DNA of 63,148 nt, counting the filler, from Stramenopiles sp. TOSAG23-3 (lineage: Eukaryota): the NCBI GenBank assembly GCA_900128585.1. It is 6 parts of 6 records of this genome, joined end to end, with 100 filler letters (N's around TTAATTAATTAA, not from the genome) between each part and the next. Parts side by side here need not be neighbours in the genome. Positions count along the whole stretch, not along the records: positions 36,864 to 49,039 come from LT642703.1; positions 49,140 to 61,311 come from LT642704.1; 4 more parts are not named here. One strand, written 5' to 3'. The notes beneath the pieces were generated by a model. That model did no database searches. It had not been told where the DNA came from and saw only the letters and a program-made list of their open reading frames with translations. Within the stretch, counting starts at the first letter, position 1, and the number at the start of each line of letters is the position of its first letter. Position numbers and translations under genes: made by a program. Of the stretch, positions 40,783 through 50,722 are shown in pieces.

Positions 40783-42075
40783 ATGGCATCGACCCTTGAG
40801 TTATACGTCGACGGGTCCAACTGGTATGCGCGGACCGCGGTGTTTGTGGCTTCGTGCGTCAACCTCCTCAACACCAAAGTTATGCTGAACGTGAAAGGGC
40901 CCACCGATGGCGACACTACCACGGGCAACAGGGTCGGGGATGGCGATTCGCCTGTCAAATTGTTTCTCGGCGACGGGACTGCCATCAGCCAAATGAACAC
41001 AATCCTGGAGTACTTTGTCAAGGCCGCAGGGCACGCGGAAAGCTTGTTTGGCACAAACCCGGAAGAGCGGGCCCAGGTCTCGCAGTGGCTGCAATACGTA
41101 TCGTCGAACAAGGACACGCTGTACCACTGCATCACCGAAATCAACATTGTTTTGCAGACACGCACATTTTTGGTCGGCGACCGTATAACCTTGGCGGACT
41201 TGGTGCTGTTCTGGTGCTTTCACCCTCTGCTCGAAGCGGTTCCTGCCGCCAAGTGGGGGACTGGGGGGGCTCCAAAGTCTTTGGGGCGCCACTACAGATC
41301 TGTTGCAGCGTCGTCGTTCGTTTCCCGTGCCAAATCTGCCCCGCCTGCCTTGAGTTTTGGGGTAACGTACGCGCCCCCTCCGGAGGGGACGTTCAACGGG
41401 GAGTTCGCTGCGGCGGCAAAGGCCGCCGCTGCGAAAGCCACAGCTGCAGCCACCGCCAAGAAAGAAGACGCGGGAGCGGCCGCGAAGGGTGGAAACGCCA
41501 AGCAAGGGAAGAAGAAAGAAAAGAAGAAGAAGGAGAAGAAGAAAGCGGCCCCAAAAGCGGCTCCAGGCAGTGACCAGAGCCCGTTTACCAAGATCGCTAT
41601 CCGAGTTGGAAAAATAACAAATGTTTGGCACCACGAGGATTCCGAAAAATTATTTTGCGAAGAAATAGACATTGGCGAGGAGAAGGTTCGAAGCGTTGCG
41701 TCTGGTTTGCGGCACTATTACAAGTTGGAAGATTTGCAGGACCGGATGGTAATAATGGTTTGCAACTTGAAGCCGGCAAAGCTTGGCGGGTTCCCGAGTG
41801 CCGGCATGGTGCTGTGCTCCAAAGATGGGGACAAATGTGAATTCGTGGATCCTCCAGCGACCGCAAAAGTGGGAGACCGTTTGATGATTGATGGGATCAC
41901 GGGAGATGCGGAAACCAATGTGAACAAAGTGAAGAAGAAAAAGATGTGGGAAGCAGTTGCAAAAGAATTAAAAACAAACGGCGATGGAGTGGTATGCTGG
42001 GAAGGAAAGCCCTTAAAAACACCGAGTGGGGACGTCTGCACATGCCCCTCGGTAAAAAACATGCCAGTATCGTAA
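40783..42075 (+). CDS. Arc1p/AIMP1-like tRNA synthetase cofactor: GST-C domain, Lys/Ala linker, EMAPII-type tRNA-binding OB fold
   Basis: ERAQVSQWL, RTFLVGDRITLAD; IRVGKITNVWHHEDSEKLFCEEIDIGEEKVRSVASGL, CNLKPAKLGGFPSAGMVLC. Confidence 0.9.
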   Translation: MASTLELYVDGSNWYARTAVFVASCVNLLNTKVMLNVKGPTDGDTTTGNRVGDGDSPVKLFLGDGTAISQMNTILEYFVKAAGHAESLFGTNPEERAQVSQWLQYVSSNKDTLYHCITEINIVLQTRTFLVGDRITLADLVLFWCFHPLLEAVPAAKWGTGGAPKSLGRHYRSVAASSFVSRAKSAPPALSFGVTYAPPPEGTFNGEFAAAAKAAAAKATAAATAKKEDAGAAAKGGNAKQGKKKEKKKKEKKKAAPKAAPGSDQSPFTKIAIRVGKITNVWHHEDSEKLFCEEIDIGEEKVRSVASGLRHYYKLEDLQDRMVIMVCNLKPAKLGGFPSAGMVLCSKDGDKCEFVDPPATAKVGDRLMIDGITGDAETNVNKVKKKKMWEAVAKELKTNGDGVVCWEGKPLKTPSGDVCTCPSVKNMPVS

Positions 42076-42225
42076 TAGAGGGCATTTAACACGACAGTTT
42101 AACCCTAAAGTACATTGCGCCAAAAGTAAATTAAAAGCACTTTTTATTAAAAATTATAATTTAAAAAAAACTTTTACATTTTACGCCGCCGAGACAACCC
42201 TCCCCCTTCATTCTGCGCTGGGGCG

Positions 42226-44568
42226 CTAGACCGGGAAAATTTTATTGTGCGCTGTTGGAGTAGGGGCTATCCGTACCTCAGTATGATCGCTGTTTGACTT
42301 GATTTCGGTGTCGTTTTTCTTGGATAGCTGGCGCATCATTGTCGATTTTACACTTTTGTTTTTGACCGATCCTATGTTTAGTTTCTGTTTGTCTTTGCTC
42401 CCCCATGTAAACCGGGGCAGGCTTTTTGACCTAAGTTTCTTGGTAGAAGACCCAACTCTGATCTGTTCTACCATATTCACGCGGTTGGTGCTAGTCTGCT
42501 CTACGGAATCAAACACCCCCTCGTGCTGTTCTTTTATCACCTCAAAACCGGAACGAGACAAGACAAGCATATCGCAATACGTCAATGCCTTTGCAGACGC
42601 AGATCTCGGCTGATTGTTGATCAACGCAGTCTCTCCAAAAAAATCGCCATCTTTGCGAATTGCCAGCTCTTTTCTCATCCCACCCTCGTCTTCATAAATG
42701 ATTTGAATCCGTCCCCGAACAATGAAATACATTTCCTCGCCCGCGTTGCCCTGCTCGCACGCGTACTCCCCAGGCAATATGACGACTTGGTACAGCTGCT
42801 CAATGACAGATGCCAGCACTGCCTGGCTGCAGTTGCTAAAGAGCGGAACGCTGTTCACGACTTGCCGGTTTACTGCCAGGTTCAGCTTAACTTGTAAACT
42901 TGGGGGAAGTTCCGAGAGCACGTTCGATTCTTTGAACGAGTTGACATTGCACGAAAACAAATATTCGTAAAATTCAAATATTTCTTCGCGCAAATCTTTC
43001 CCAACTTTGCGATGGCACAAGTACGCTCGAATTTCGTCCAATTTTCGCTTGCGTTCTTGCTGCACCACGTCTAAATTGGACAATAGCGTGCTTGCGCTAC
43101 CAATAATGACAGCGTACATTAACAGCCCCGTAACGATCGCAACGGTTGTAAAATATACTTCAGAGGGCGTCTCCGGCGAAATGTCCCACCCAATCCCTGA
43201 AGTCACAACGACCGCCCAGAAAAATGCATGCGCGTATTGGTCCGAGAAAGATCTAGACGACAGAATGCGCAACGGTGGAACCCAAGCAGTGTCGATCCCA
43301 GCGTTCACGTGAACCATTGCAACGTACCAGTAGCAGCACGCGATCATGTGCCATGTGCTCACCAAAATACCAACTAATTTCGTGAGTCGAATCAAGCTCG
43401 GGTCTATTTTTGCATACCGTTCTATTCTTGCTAATATTCTAGTCAACCGCATCATTCTCAAAAGCTTAAATATTCTGAAGAATTTCAAAATTTTGTTAAT
43501 GCTTATAGCCTTTGCACCCATCTCTCCACCATCGCCATTGCCTGCAAAAACAAAAATTAGATCAAAAGGTATACTTGAAATGAAGTCGATGAAAAACCAT
43601 GTTTTGAGGTAAGCGTTGCGTATTCTCTTCAGGTCGTCGATGAGCACGCCGTCAATTTTTACCGCCGTCCTGAAGTTTAAGAAAATGTCAATGATAAACA
43701 CAATGTTGAACCCGATATCAACGAGGGTCTCCGTATTGGACGGGGAAGCATTATCGAAAGCGATGCGAGCAGGAACAATTATGGTGTAGTAGACCACCAA
43801 AATCCCCACAAACATGTCCCAAAACATCCGAATCGAAGATTCTGGACTCAGCACAATCTTCCCACCAGTCCCAAGAAAATTGCTTTTGTACATGTTTTGC
43901 AACGCTGAACTTATCACGCCAATCTTTGTGTACGTCTTGTCCGCCAAACGCCGCTCGGACAAGTCCGTGGATGCTGTCGACCTTCGTCGCTGCCTTTCAA
44001 ACACCTGCGAGGATGGCATGATCGCCTGCTGTGATGGGTAGTTTAAGACTTCCGTCTTTTCGGGCGCCTCAAGCGTCCCGGGAAGGTCCGTGTTTGCCCC
44101 CTTGGCAACGTTGTTAGTAAGCTTGGCTCTCCACACTGCATTTTGAAAGCGTTTGATGACGCGCTTGGACTGTGAGGCGTGACTAATACCCCCTCCGGAA
44201 TTTAGGAAGCGAGGCACCCCGCGTTGTTGCATGCTCACTTGCCTGCTCGAAAAATATCTGCCCCCAGAGGTACAAACCAGGTTGTCGTCCTCTTTAATAT
44301 CAGTACAGCTGTCCAACTCTCCTCCAGAATCGGTAAATATTCGTGTTACGACCATATTCAATCGTTCCGCACACCGCCTTTTAAATTCCCCAAAATTCAC
44401 GTTTCGACGACAACTCAAAGCTTTTGCGTTGCTGGGGTCTGCCCCCCCATGCTCACTAAATGGTATGACAGTCACGCGCAGCTCATTCGGAAAATTACCA
44501 GTCTTGTTTTGTCCCCCGCGGCCCTTCAATGCAGTGTGTGCAGAAATGTTGCGAACATGAAGCGCCAT
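42226..44568 (-). CDS. Cyclic nucleotide-binding-domain cation channel (EAG/HCN/CNG superfamily) with N-terminal KHA/DCX-like domain
   Basis: S1-S6 with YLKTWFFIDFISSIPFD and S4 KFFRIFKLLRMMRLTR; C-linker; CNBD GEEMYFIVRG...FFGETAL...PRSASAKA; N-terminal RIFTDSGGELD...IKEDDNL. Confidence 0.92.
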   Translation of the reverse strand: MALHVRNISAHTALKGRGGQNKTGNFPNELRVTVIPFSEHGGADPSNAKALSCRRNVNFGEFKRRCAERLNMVVTRIFTDSGGELDSCTDIKEDDNLVCTSGGRYFSSRQVSMQQRGVPRFLNSGGGISHASQSKRVIKRFQNAVWRAKLTNNVAKGANTDLPGTLEAPEKTEVLNYPSQQAIMPSSQVFERQRRRSTASTDLSERRLADKTYTKIGVISSALQNMYKSNFLGTGGKIVLSPESSIRMFWDMFVGILVVYYTIIVPARIAFDNASPSNTETLVDIGFNIVFIIDIFLNFRTAVKIDGVLIDDLKRIRNAYLKTWFFIDFISSIPFDLIFVFAGNGDGGEMGAKAISINKILKFFRIFKLLRMMRLTRILARIERYAKIDPSLIRLTKLVGILVSTWHMIACCYWYVAMVHVNAGIDTAWVPPLRILSSRSFSDQYAHAFFWAVVVTSGIGWDISPETPSEVYFTTVAIVTGLLMYAVIIGSASTLLSNLDVVQQERKRKLDEIRAYLCHRKVGKDLREEIFEFYEYLFSCNVNSFKESNVLSELPPSLQVKLNLAVNRQVVNSVPLFSNCSQAVLASVIEQLYQVVILPGEYACEQGNAGEEMYFIVRGRIQIIYEDEGGMRKELAIRKDGDFFGETALINNQPRSASAKALTYCDMLVLSRSGFEVIKEQHEGVFDSVEQTSTNRVNMVEQIRVGSSTKKLRSKSLPRFTWGSKDKQKLNIGSVKNKSVKSTMMRQLSKKNDTEIKSNSDHTEVRIAPTPTAHNKIFPV

Positions 44569-44924
44569 GTTAATTTAACTCTTCATCAAAGAACCGCTAA
44601 AGTGTTTTACCGATTGCTCTGTTCAAAAATTTTATTAACCCAGGACAAAGTTGTTGCGGTTGGGGTGTGGTGGGGATATGGTGCGATAGAAAAGAAGAAG
44701 AATACCGAGTAGGAGCTGGAATGGACGAGGATGATGATGGTGTGATGATGATGAAAAAGAAGAAAGAAGAAGGATCAATATAATTATTATGTAATTTATT
44801 ATATTAACACAGCAAGGAGGTTATGGGTTCAACCCCACGCGCCCTGATAACTCCTGTTATTATTTAGGATTTATAATTGCGCTTTTTATTTAGACGTCTT
44901 CTTATTGACAATAACATAGAATCA

Positions 44925-45206
44925 GCACTAAAATCCCTCCCGCAGCAATCTTTGAGCTCGACTGCTAGTCTTAGTAGTATTATATATATATAATAGAGAT
45001 ATTATAGGGTAGTACCCTGCGGTATTCAGCTGTGATGGAACACATCCGATGTGAAGAAGTAATCCGGATTAAAAATATATAGCTAGCTGTGAGCTGTGAG
45101 CTGTAATGGAACACATCCGATGTGATGATCATGCTGCACTGACGACTGACGATGGAACACTTCTATAGTTTATGGAGTTCTCGTTGGTAGGGAGGGATTG
45201 TTGTGC
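44925..45206. repeat. Inverted-repeat-bounded ~280-bp element with internal direct repeats (MITE-like or structured RNA)
   Basis: GCACTAAAATCCCTCCC (44925-44941) vs GGGAGGGATTGTTGTGC (45190-45206); 27-nt repeat at 45028-45054 and 45099-45125. Confidence 0.5.
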
Positions 45207-45313
45207 CCTATTTTAAAATCGATCTCAGCGCCATAAAAAAAATAATGGTATAGGTATGTGTATTCATTCACTCTATTTATTTATTAGCGTATATATACAA
45301 GGTTCTACGGCAG

Positions 45314-48300
45314 CTAGTTCAAAACTTCTGGCAAAGACATGAACATGTGCGTGTCCGCGTACTTTTGTTTCTTTTGTTTCTTCTTCTCAGCACTTTTCCT
45401 CTTCGGAGACCCCAGTATCAACCGATCGGGAGATTTTCGTTGAAGCTCTTTCAACAGGAGCTCGTTTTCACTAGATAAGTCCACGACTTTGTTTTTCCAG
45501 TGTTTTAGGTCACCAACTTCGGACCAAAATTTCTTCATGCGAGAATCAAACTCCCCTTCGCCGACGTACTGGTTAACTACAGTCTTCATGTTCGTCAATT
45601 CGTTTGATAGGCGTTCGTGTACAGCTACGATAAGTTGGTTGGAATTCCGCAGTGAAAGTTCTGTCTGTTGGACAAACAGGTCCAGCTCGCGCCCGCCCTG
45701 CAGCACAACGTGCTGCGACTGCAACGGACCCGGGTACGGTGTGAAATACCCGCCGGAGCTTGACATATTCCCGCGCGACTGAACTGGGTTGCCGGGAGTA
45801 GGAGACGGTCCCACCCCCCCGTAACTCTTATTCATACCCACGTTTGATGCGGCGGGGGAATTGGGAGCAGTATTGAACGATTGGGAAGTGTAAATGCTCC
45901 GGGCATCGTTGAAGCTCATATCGTTGGGCCCATCAGGGCCTTGCTCGTCGACAGATGCAAGCTTTTGTGCGGCTTGGACTTGCTGTAACGTCAGCGCGCG
46001 ATTTACAACGGGGTCCGGCGATCCGACTTCGGGAAATTGGATGTTGTTCATTCGTCGCAATGTCTCTTCTTTTGCATAAGTCGCCATTTTTCGCTCTGCT
46101 AATTGCTGTTTTTGTATGCTGTTCTTAAGGCGGTCTTGGACCTCACTGAGTTCTTTCTCGTAGTTGCGCCTCATCTTTTCGTGTTCATGCGTCAGTTTGT
46201 GGGTGAACGCTAGAAACTTTTCATGCTCTTTTTCCGCATCCATTTTTACCAAAGCTAGCTCTTCCCTTACATTGCTCCGGTCTTCTATGTTCAAATTTTG
46301 CAGCGTGCGCATCTCTCGCATGTGCTTGTACTCGTCCTTTGCCGTTTCGCGCTTATGCCATTCCTCAAGGTCGGCAATTTTCATGCCCATTTGTTGAGAC
46401 TGTATTTGAAACTTTTGCATGTGGTATCTAGAGTTTTCATTGATGTCCGTCAAACTCTTGTGCACCGCACTCACAACATGTTGCACTTCTTGCACATGGA
46501 TTTCGTGCTGATTCTGCATCTTTTCGGCCATTTCCATGATCCGGTTGTGATGTTGGCTCAGGTGCTTTTCGTGCGTCTCTTGCACCTCTCCGCTGGCTTT
46601 CATGAGCGAGTCGATGTGTCCTTGCAGTTCCTGCTTCAGTACGCTTTGGTGGTCCTCCTGGGCACTGTCCGACATTTTTTTCATATTCTGTAGCTGCACG
46701 TCGCACTTAAATTCAACATGAGCGAGTAACTTTTTATGGACTTCCTCGTGCAGTTGACTTGCTAGGCTCTCGAGGTCCAACTCCTTCATGATCCTGGTCT
46801 GCTCATCCACTAGTTTTTGGGCGTACGTTGCATCGGCATTGTCCGCTTCGGCAATGGCTTGGAATGAATCTACTTTCAAGCTGTGGGCGGCCATCTTCGC
46901 GTGCATTTTCTCTATTTCTGCTGCGTGGCGATCCGTGGAGTCTTTGTGCATGCCATGCAGTTCCTGTATTACATCGTTCAGTTCGGTGATCTTGCCTACA
47001 TGGGACTCGTCCCGTGCGGCCTGGAGTTCTTTTCTCATGATTATCATTTCTTCCTCATGCTGCTCCCGCATTTTTTCGAACATTAGCTGGGCTTGCGTTT
47101 CGTACGCCAGTTGTGTCGCATGGTGATGGTGGTTATCTATGTTTCCAATCACCATCTGTGTCTCTGTGACGGTCGCGGATGGTGGACCATCGCCCTCGTG
47201 TTTCTTTACGCTCGACATTTGAAACTCCGCCCCCCCCAGGTCGTTCTCTAGGGTTTTATTCGAGTCTTGGAGTCTCTTCAGCAGCATTGCCTGCTCTTCC
47301 CTCAACTTTTCGTTTACCTGCTCCAATTTTTGGCGCTGCTCTTCCATCTCTTCGACGTGCTTCAGCTTCACATTTTCAACAATCCCCTCAAATTTTTGTG
47401 TACAACTACGAATTGCGCTCTCGGTTTCGTCTACTATCATGTGCTGCAGCTCCAACATTTTTTCTCTGAAACTTTCCTGGGTGTGCAATAGTGCGTTTTG
47501 CGTTCTTCGAATATCTTCCGTCTCCGTTTGTAACTCAAAGCGCAGGTTTCTCTCTCCTTCAATTTCGGCTTGCAGGGCTTCGACCTCCAGCGAGGTTGGC
47601 CCCGGTGTTCGCGGGCCTCGAGATCGGCTTCTTATGCTACCTCTACTCAGCGCACTGCCTCTAGATTTTGATACGCTCGGCATTCTCACAACGACTTCAA
47701 CGGATTGTGCAGAGCCTGGTGTTCTGACCATGGACACGGACTGGGGGGTAGTACGGTGCGACGGTGGCCCGCCTTGGGTGGCGCCCATGTTGGCAATCTG
47801 CGCAACGGCCTGTACATTTTCTGAAGCAGCAGCAAGCGCCTGTGAAATTTGGTCGTGGCTTGTTTCCAAACCCTCCATTTCTTCGTCGACAATGTCCAGT
47901 TCTCGTTGAAGGGACTTTGACTTTGCTTTGTCCCCGGCCTGCTGAGCAAGTCTCATTTCCATTATTTTCATTTTTCGCTCGTTCTTCTTCTCTTTCAATA
48001 CCGCGCTCGCTTCGTCAAACGTTACCTTTATTTCCCTCTCGTTTTGTTGCAATTCTTCTAGCTGAATTAGAATAGGGTCGATCTCTGGTTCGGGCTCAAC
48101 GACGGGCATCGCATCCAGCTCCTCCTGCTGTTCTTCGTTGATTCTATGCTGTTCGAACAGCTCCTCCTGAAGTTTTTCCGCCTTTTTCAAAGCCGCGAGC
48201 GCCATGCCTGCGCTGCTGTTGCCCTTTTCCATTCCCGACATAAGGGTGTCGACTTTCTTCTCGATTTTGGACAATCGCTCGACGTCTTTCTTTACATCCG

Positions 48301-49039
48301 TGAGAACGCCCTTGGATTGGTGAAGCTGTTTCCCCATTTTCTTTATTTTATTATCTACGCTGCTAATCTCTTTCGTTTTCTTTTGGAATTTCCTGAGCAT
48401 TTCTTGCTTGAGCTTGTCTGTGTTTCCTTGGACATCCTTCGTATCCTGGCGAGCTTGCTGGGCTTGGATATTTAAACGGTCGTAAAACGATCGTTCCACA
48501 TCCTGGATCTTTAAATCTATTTTTCGACCGCCGGCCTTGGACTGGTCCTCTAAAACCCGGACCCGGTTGCTTATTTTGGTGTTGGCGTCCTTTTGTTTTT
48601 CTACAACGGTGGCGATCTGCTTTTTCAGCCCTTGAAAGTGCTCCTCTTCTGTTTCGGCGACGTTAGAAAGTTGGGTCGAGTTGGAATCTACCCGTCGGGT
48701 CAATTTATCAAAAACGCCTTCTACGGCAGTTAAATCTCGCCGAAGTTGAATTTCGGTTTCGCGCACATCCTCAAAATCCTTGGAAAACTCTTGGACCGTT
48801 ACCGCCACACTCGCGGCTTGTTTTTCGCAAGCCGTCATCCTCTTTGTAGTCCCTCTCACAAAGCCTTCGACTTCTTTGAGCTTTGCTTTCAGCGCCGAGA
48901 CCACGACATTAGCGTCTGCGCAAATCCGTTCGCACTGCTTTACCTTCAACGTGATATCTTTCATATCGTTGGCGTACTTGTCTTGGACATCTTGCACAAA
49001 CTTTTTCTTCTCCTTTTTACAATCTTCTACAAACCCCTG
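45314..49039 (-). CDS. Long coiled-coil protein of unknown function, 5'-truncated by the contig end
   Basis: >1227-aa frame running up to the linker; E/K/Q/H-rich heptads with S/P-rich linkers. Confidence 0.8.
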   Translation of the reverse strand, partial: QGFVEDCKKEKKKFVQDVQDKYANDMKDITLKVKQCERICADANVVVSALKAKLKEVEGFVRGTTKRMTACEKQAASVAVTVQEFSKDFEDVRETEIQLRRDLTAVEGVFDKLTRRVDSNSTQLSNVAETEEEHFQGLKKQIATVVEKQKDANTKISNRVRVLEDQSKAGGRKIDLKIQDVERSFYDRLNIQAQQARQDTKDVQGNTDKLKQEMLRKFQKKTKEISSVDNKIKKMGKQLHQSKGVLTDVKKDVERLSKIEKKVDTLMSGMEKGNSSAGMALAALKKAEKLQEELFEQHRINEEQQEELDAMPVVEPEPEIDPILIQLEELQQNEREIKVTFDEASAVLKEKKNERKMKIMEMRLAQQAGDKAKSKSLQRELDIVDEEMEGLETSHDQISQALAAASENVQAVAQIANMGATQGGPPSHRTTPQSVSMVRTPGSAQSVEVVVRMPSVSKSRGSALSRGSIRSRSRGPRTPGPTSLEVEALQAEIEGERNLRFELQTETEDIRRTQNALLHTQESFREKMLELQHMIVDETESAIRSCTQKFEGIVENVKLKHVEEMEEQRQKLEQVNEKLREEQAMLLKRLQDSNKTLENDLGGAEFQMSSVKKHEGDGPPSATVTETQMVIGNIDNHHHHATQLAYETQAQLMFEKMREQHEEEMIIMRKELQAARDESHVGKITELNDVIQELHGMHKDSTDRHAAEIEKMHAKMAAHSLKVDSFQAIAEADNADATYAQKLVDEQTRIMKELDLESLASQLHEEVHKKLLAHVEFKCDVQLQNMKKMSDSAQEDHQSVLKQELQGHIDSLMKASGEVQETHEKHLSQHHNRIMEMAEKMQNQHEIHVQEVQHVVSAVHKSLTDINENSRYHMQKFQIQSQQMGMKIADLEEWHKRETAKDEYKHMREMRTLQNLNIEDRSNVREELALVKMDAEKEHEKFLAFTHKLTHEHEKMRRNYEKELSEVQDRLKNSIQKQQLAERKMATYAKEETLRRMNNIQFPEVGSPDPVVNRALTLQQVQAAQKLASVDEQGPDGPNDMSFNDARSIYTSQSFNTAPNSPAASNVGMNKSYGGVGPSPTPGNPVQSRGNMSSSGGYFTPYPGPLQSQHVVLQGGRELDLFVQQTELSLRNSNQLIVAVHERLSNELTNMKTVVNQYVGEGEFDSRMKKFWSEVGDLKHWKNKVVDLSSENELLLKELQRKSPDRLILGSPKRKSAEKKKQKKQKYADTHMFMSLPEVLN

Positions 49040-49139
49040 NNNNNNNNNNNNNNNNNNNNNNNNNNNNNNNNNNNNNNNNNNNNTTAATTAATTAANNNNN
49101 NNNNNNNNNNNNNNNNNNNNNNNNNNNNNNNNNNNNNNN
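49040..49139. other. Artificial contig linker
   Basis: N44-TTAATTAATTAA-N44. Confidence 0.98.
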
Positions 49140-49218
49140 ATTTCTAGGGTTTTAATGCTATGTTCATGTTAATTATAATTTAGATAAACAACTCGTCGCT
49201 TTAAAAAAAAAACATACT

Positions 49219-50310
49219 GGCCGGGTCACTGATAATTTTGACCGTCGCGTACTCCAATGTTATCTGAACGAATACATGGGCGACTTTTTGTTTGACACAA
49301 GTAATAAATTTAGTTTTAGCCATGCTGGGTTTGACTATGACATGCCTGATGCCGGTGAGTTGCAAGTCTATAAAGACATGGTTGAAACCCTACCTTTGAT
49401 CAATCCACCGGGAGTGTTTGGACTTCACAACAATGCCGAGATTGCTTATTTGAAAGACATGGCTTCGGATCTATGGGGGGATTTGATTGAGTTGCAACCT
49501 CGTGTAGGTGGCGGCGGTGGGGGCATCACTCGTGAAGCACACATTGCCAACACGGCAAGAGATGTGCAAGATAAGGTGCCCAAAGAATACGACATGATGG
49601 CAATTGCGATGGAACGGTGGAACATTCTGGTCAACTTTATGGCCCGGAAGTTAAGCGATCTTCAAAAGGCATTGATTGGCGAAATAGGAATGTCCGACGA
49701 TTTGGATGGACTTGGATCGGATTTATTTAATGGTTACTTACCATCAATGTTCCGTAGGTACGTCCCCGATACCCAGAAGGCTTTAGGTGGATGGATGGAC
49801 CACTTCGTTGGCCGTATGGATCTGTATTCGAATTGGATTGAACACGGAGAGCCGCATGTCATGTGGCTCGCGGGCTTGCACGTCCCGGAATCCTATTTGA
49901 CTGCCTTGATCCAAACTACGTGCCGAAGAAAGAACTGGCCGCTGGATAAGTCTACCTTTCAAACGAAAGTTACAGGGTTGATGTCAAAAGAAGAGGTCAC
50001 CGAAGGCCTTGAGGATGGCTGCTATGTTATCGGTCTGTACTTGGAAGGTGCTGCTTGGAACTTGGAAAAAGGTTGCCTTCGATCACAGGACCCAAAAATT
50101 CTAGTTGTTGACCTACCTTTGCTAATGGTTGAACCGAAGGAGGCAAACCGTGTTAAATTGTTCAATGTTTTCGAGACTCCCGTGTATGTTACACAAAATC
50201 GGCGCAATGCTATGGGCGTGGGATGGGTGTTCAATGCACATTTAAGCACAACTGAGCACGCTAGCACGTGGACTTTGCAGGGTGTTGCATTGAGCCTGAA
50301 CATTAGGTAG
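49219..50310 (+). pseudogene. Axonemal dynein heavy chain C-terminal fragment (DNAH10-like); truncated copy or assembly artefact
   Basis: GRVTDNFDRRVL..YLNEYMGDFLFD, PGVFGLHNNAEI, WLAGLHVPESYLTALIQ..CR..WPLD, GLYLEGAAW, PVYVTQNRRNAMGVG; homology starts abruptly after an A-run, with an in-frame stop at 49153. Confidence 0.7.
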
Positions 50311-50366
50311 ACGATACTCCCCTGAAGTTAATGAAAGCAAAAACCAAAACACTTAATTAACACTTT

Positions 50367-50438
50367 NNNNNNNNNNNNNNNNNNNNNNNNNNNNNNNNNN
50401 NNNNNNNNNNNNNNNNNNNNNNNNNNNNNNNNNNNNNN
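50367..50438. other. Intra-scaffold gap (72 N, no linker)
   Basis: Plain N run lacking TTAATTAATTAA. Confidence 0.95.
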
Positions 50439-50722
50439 TTTTTTTTAAAGGACATGATAATTGTGTTATCAATAATTAAAATTTATCTTGCTCGTCTACC
50501 GCTTAGAAAAGTGAATCTGCTCGTCTGCTCCTTTTGTCCAAATTAAAGGTTTTCGTTTCCTCACATGTACTCTTTGTACAAGAATTTCAGTTTTAATATT
50601 TTTTATTTGAAGAGTATTTATATACACGTGATTATTCTACTACTCGCATCATTCATACCTCAAATATTGAATGGAAAAGCAAAGCAAGTTCAACAGGCAC
50701 AGCCTTGTGTGGCAGTCTTTTC

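Noticed and set aside
40801-41634. 277-aa antisense ORF and 239-aa alternate-frame ORF over the Arc1p-like gene
   Set aside because: Shadow ORFs of a GC-rich coding region with no independent motifs
28691-42075. IleRS and Arc1p/AIMP1-like gene as a functional cluster
   Set aside because: They lie on different, unlinked contigs
44811-44849. Intact tRNA gene
   Set aside because: Only a T-arm-like piece; no acceptor, D or anticodon arms
45028-45160. CRISPR-like repeat-spacer array
   Set aside because: Only two full repeats and one partial, unequal low-complexity spacers, no cas genes, eukaryotic context
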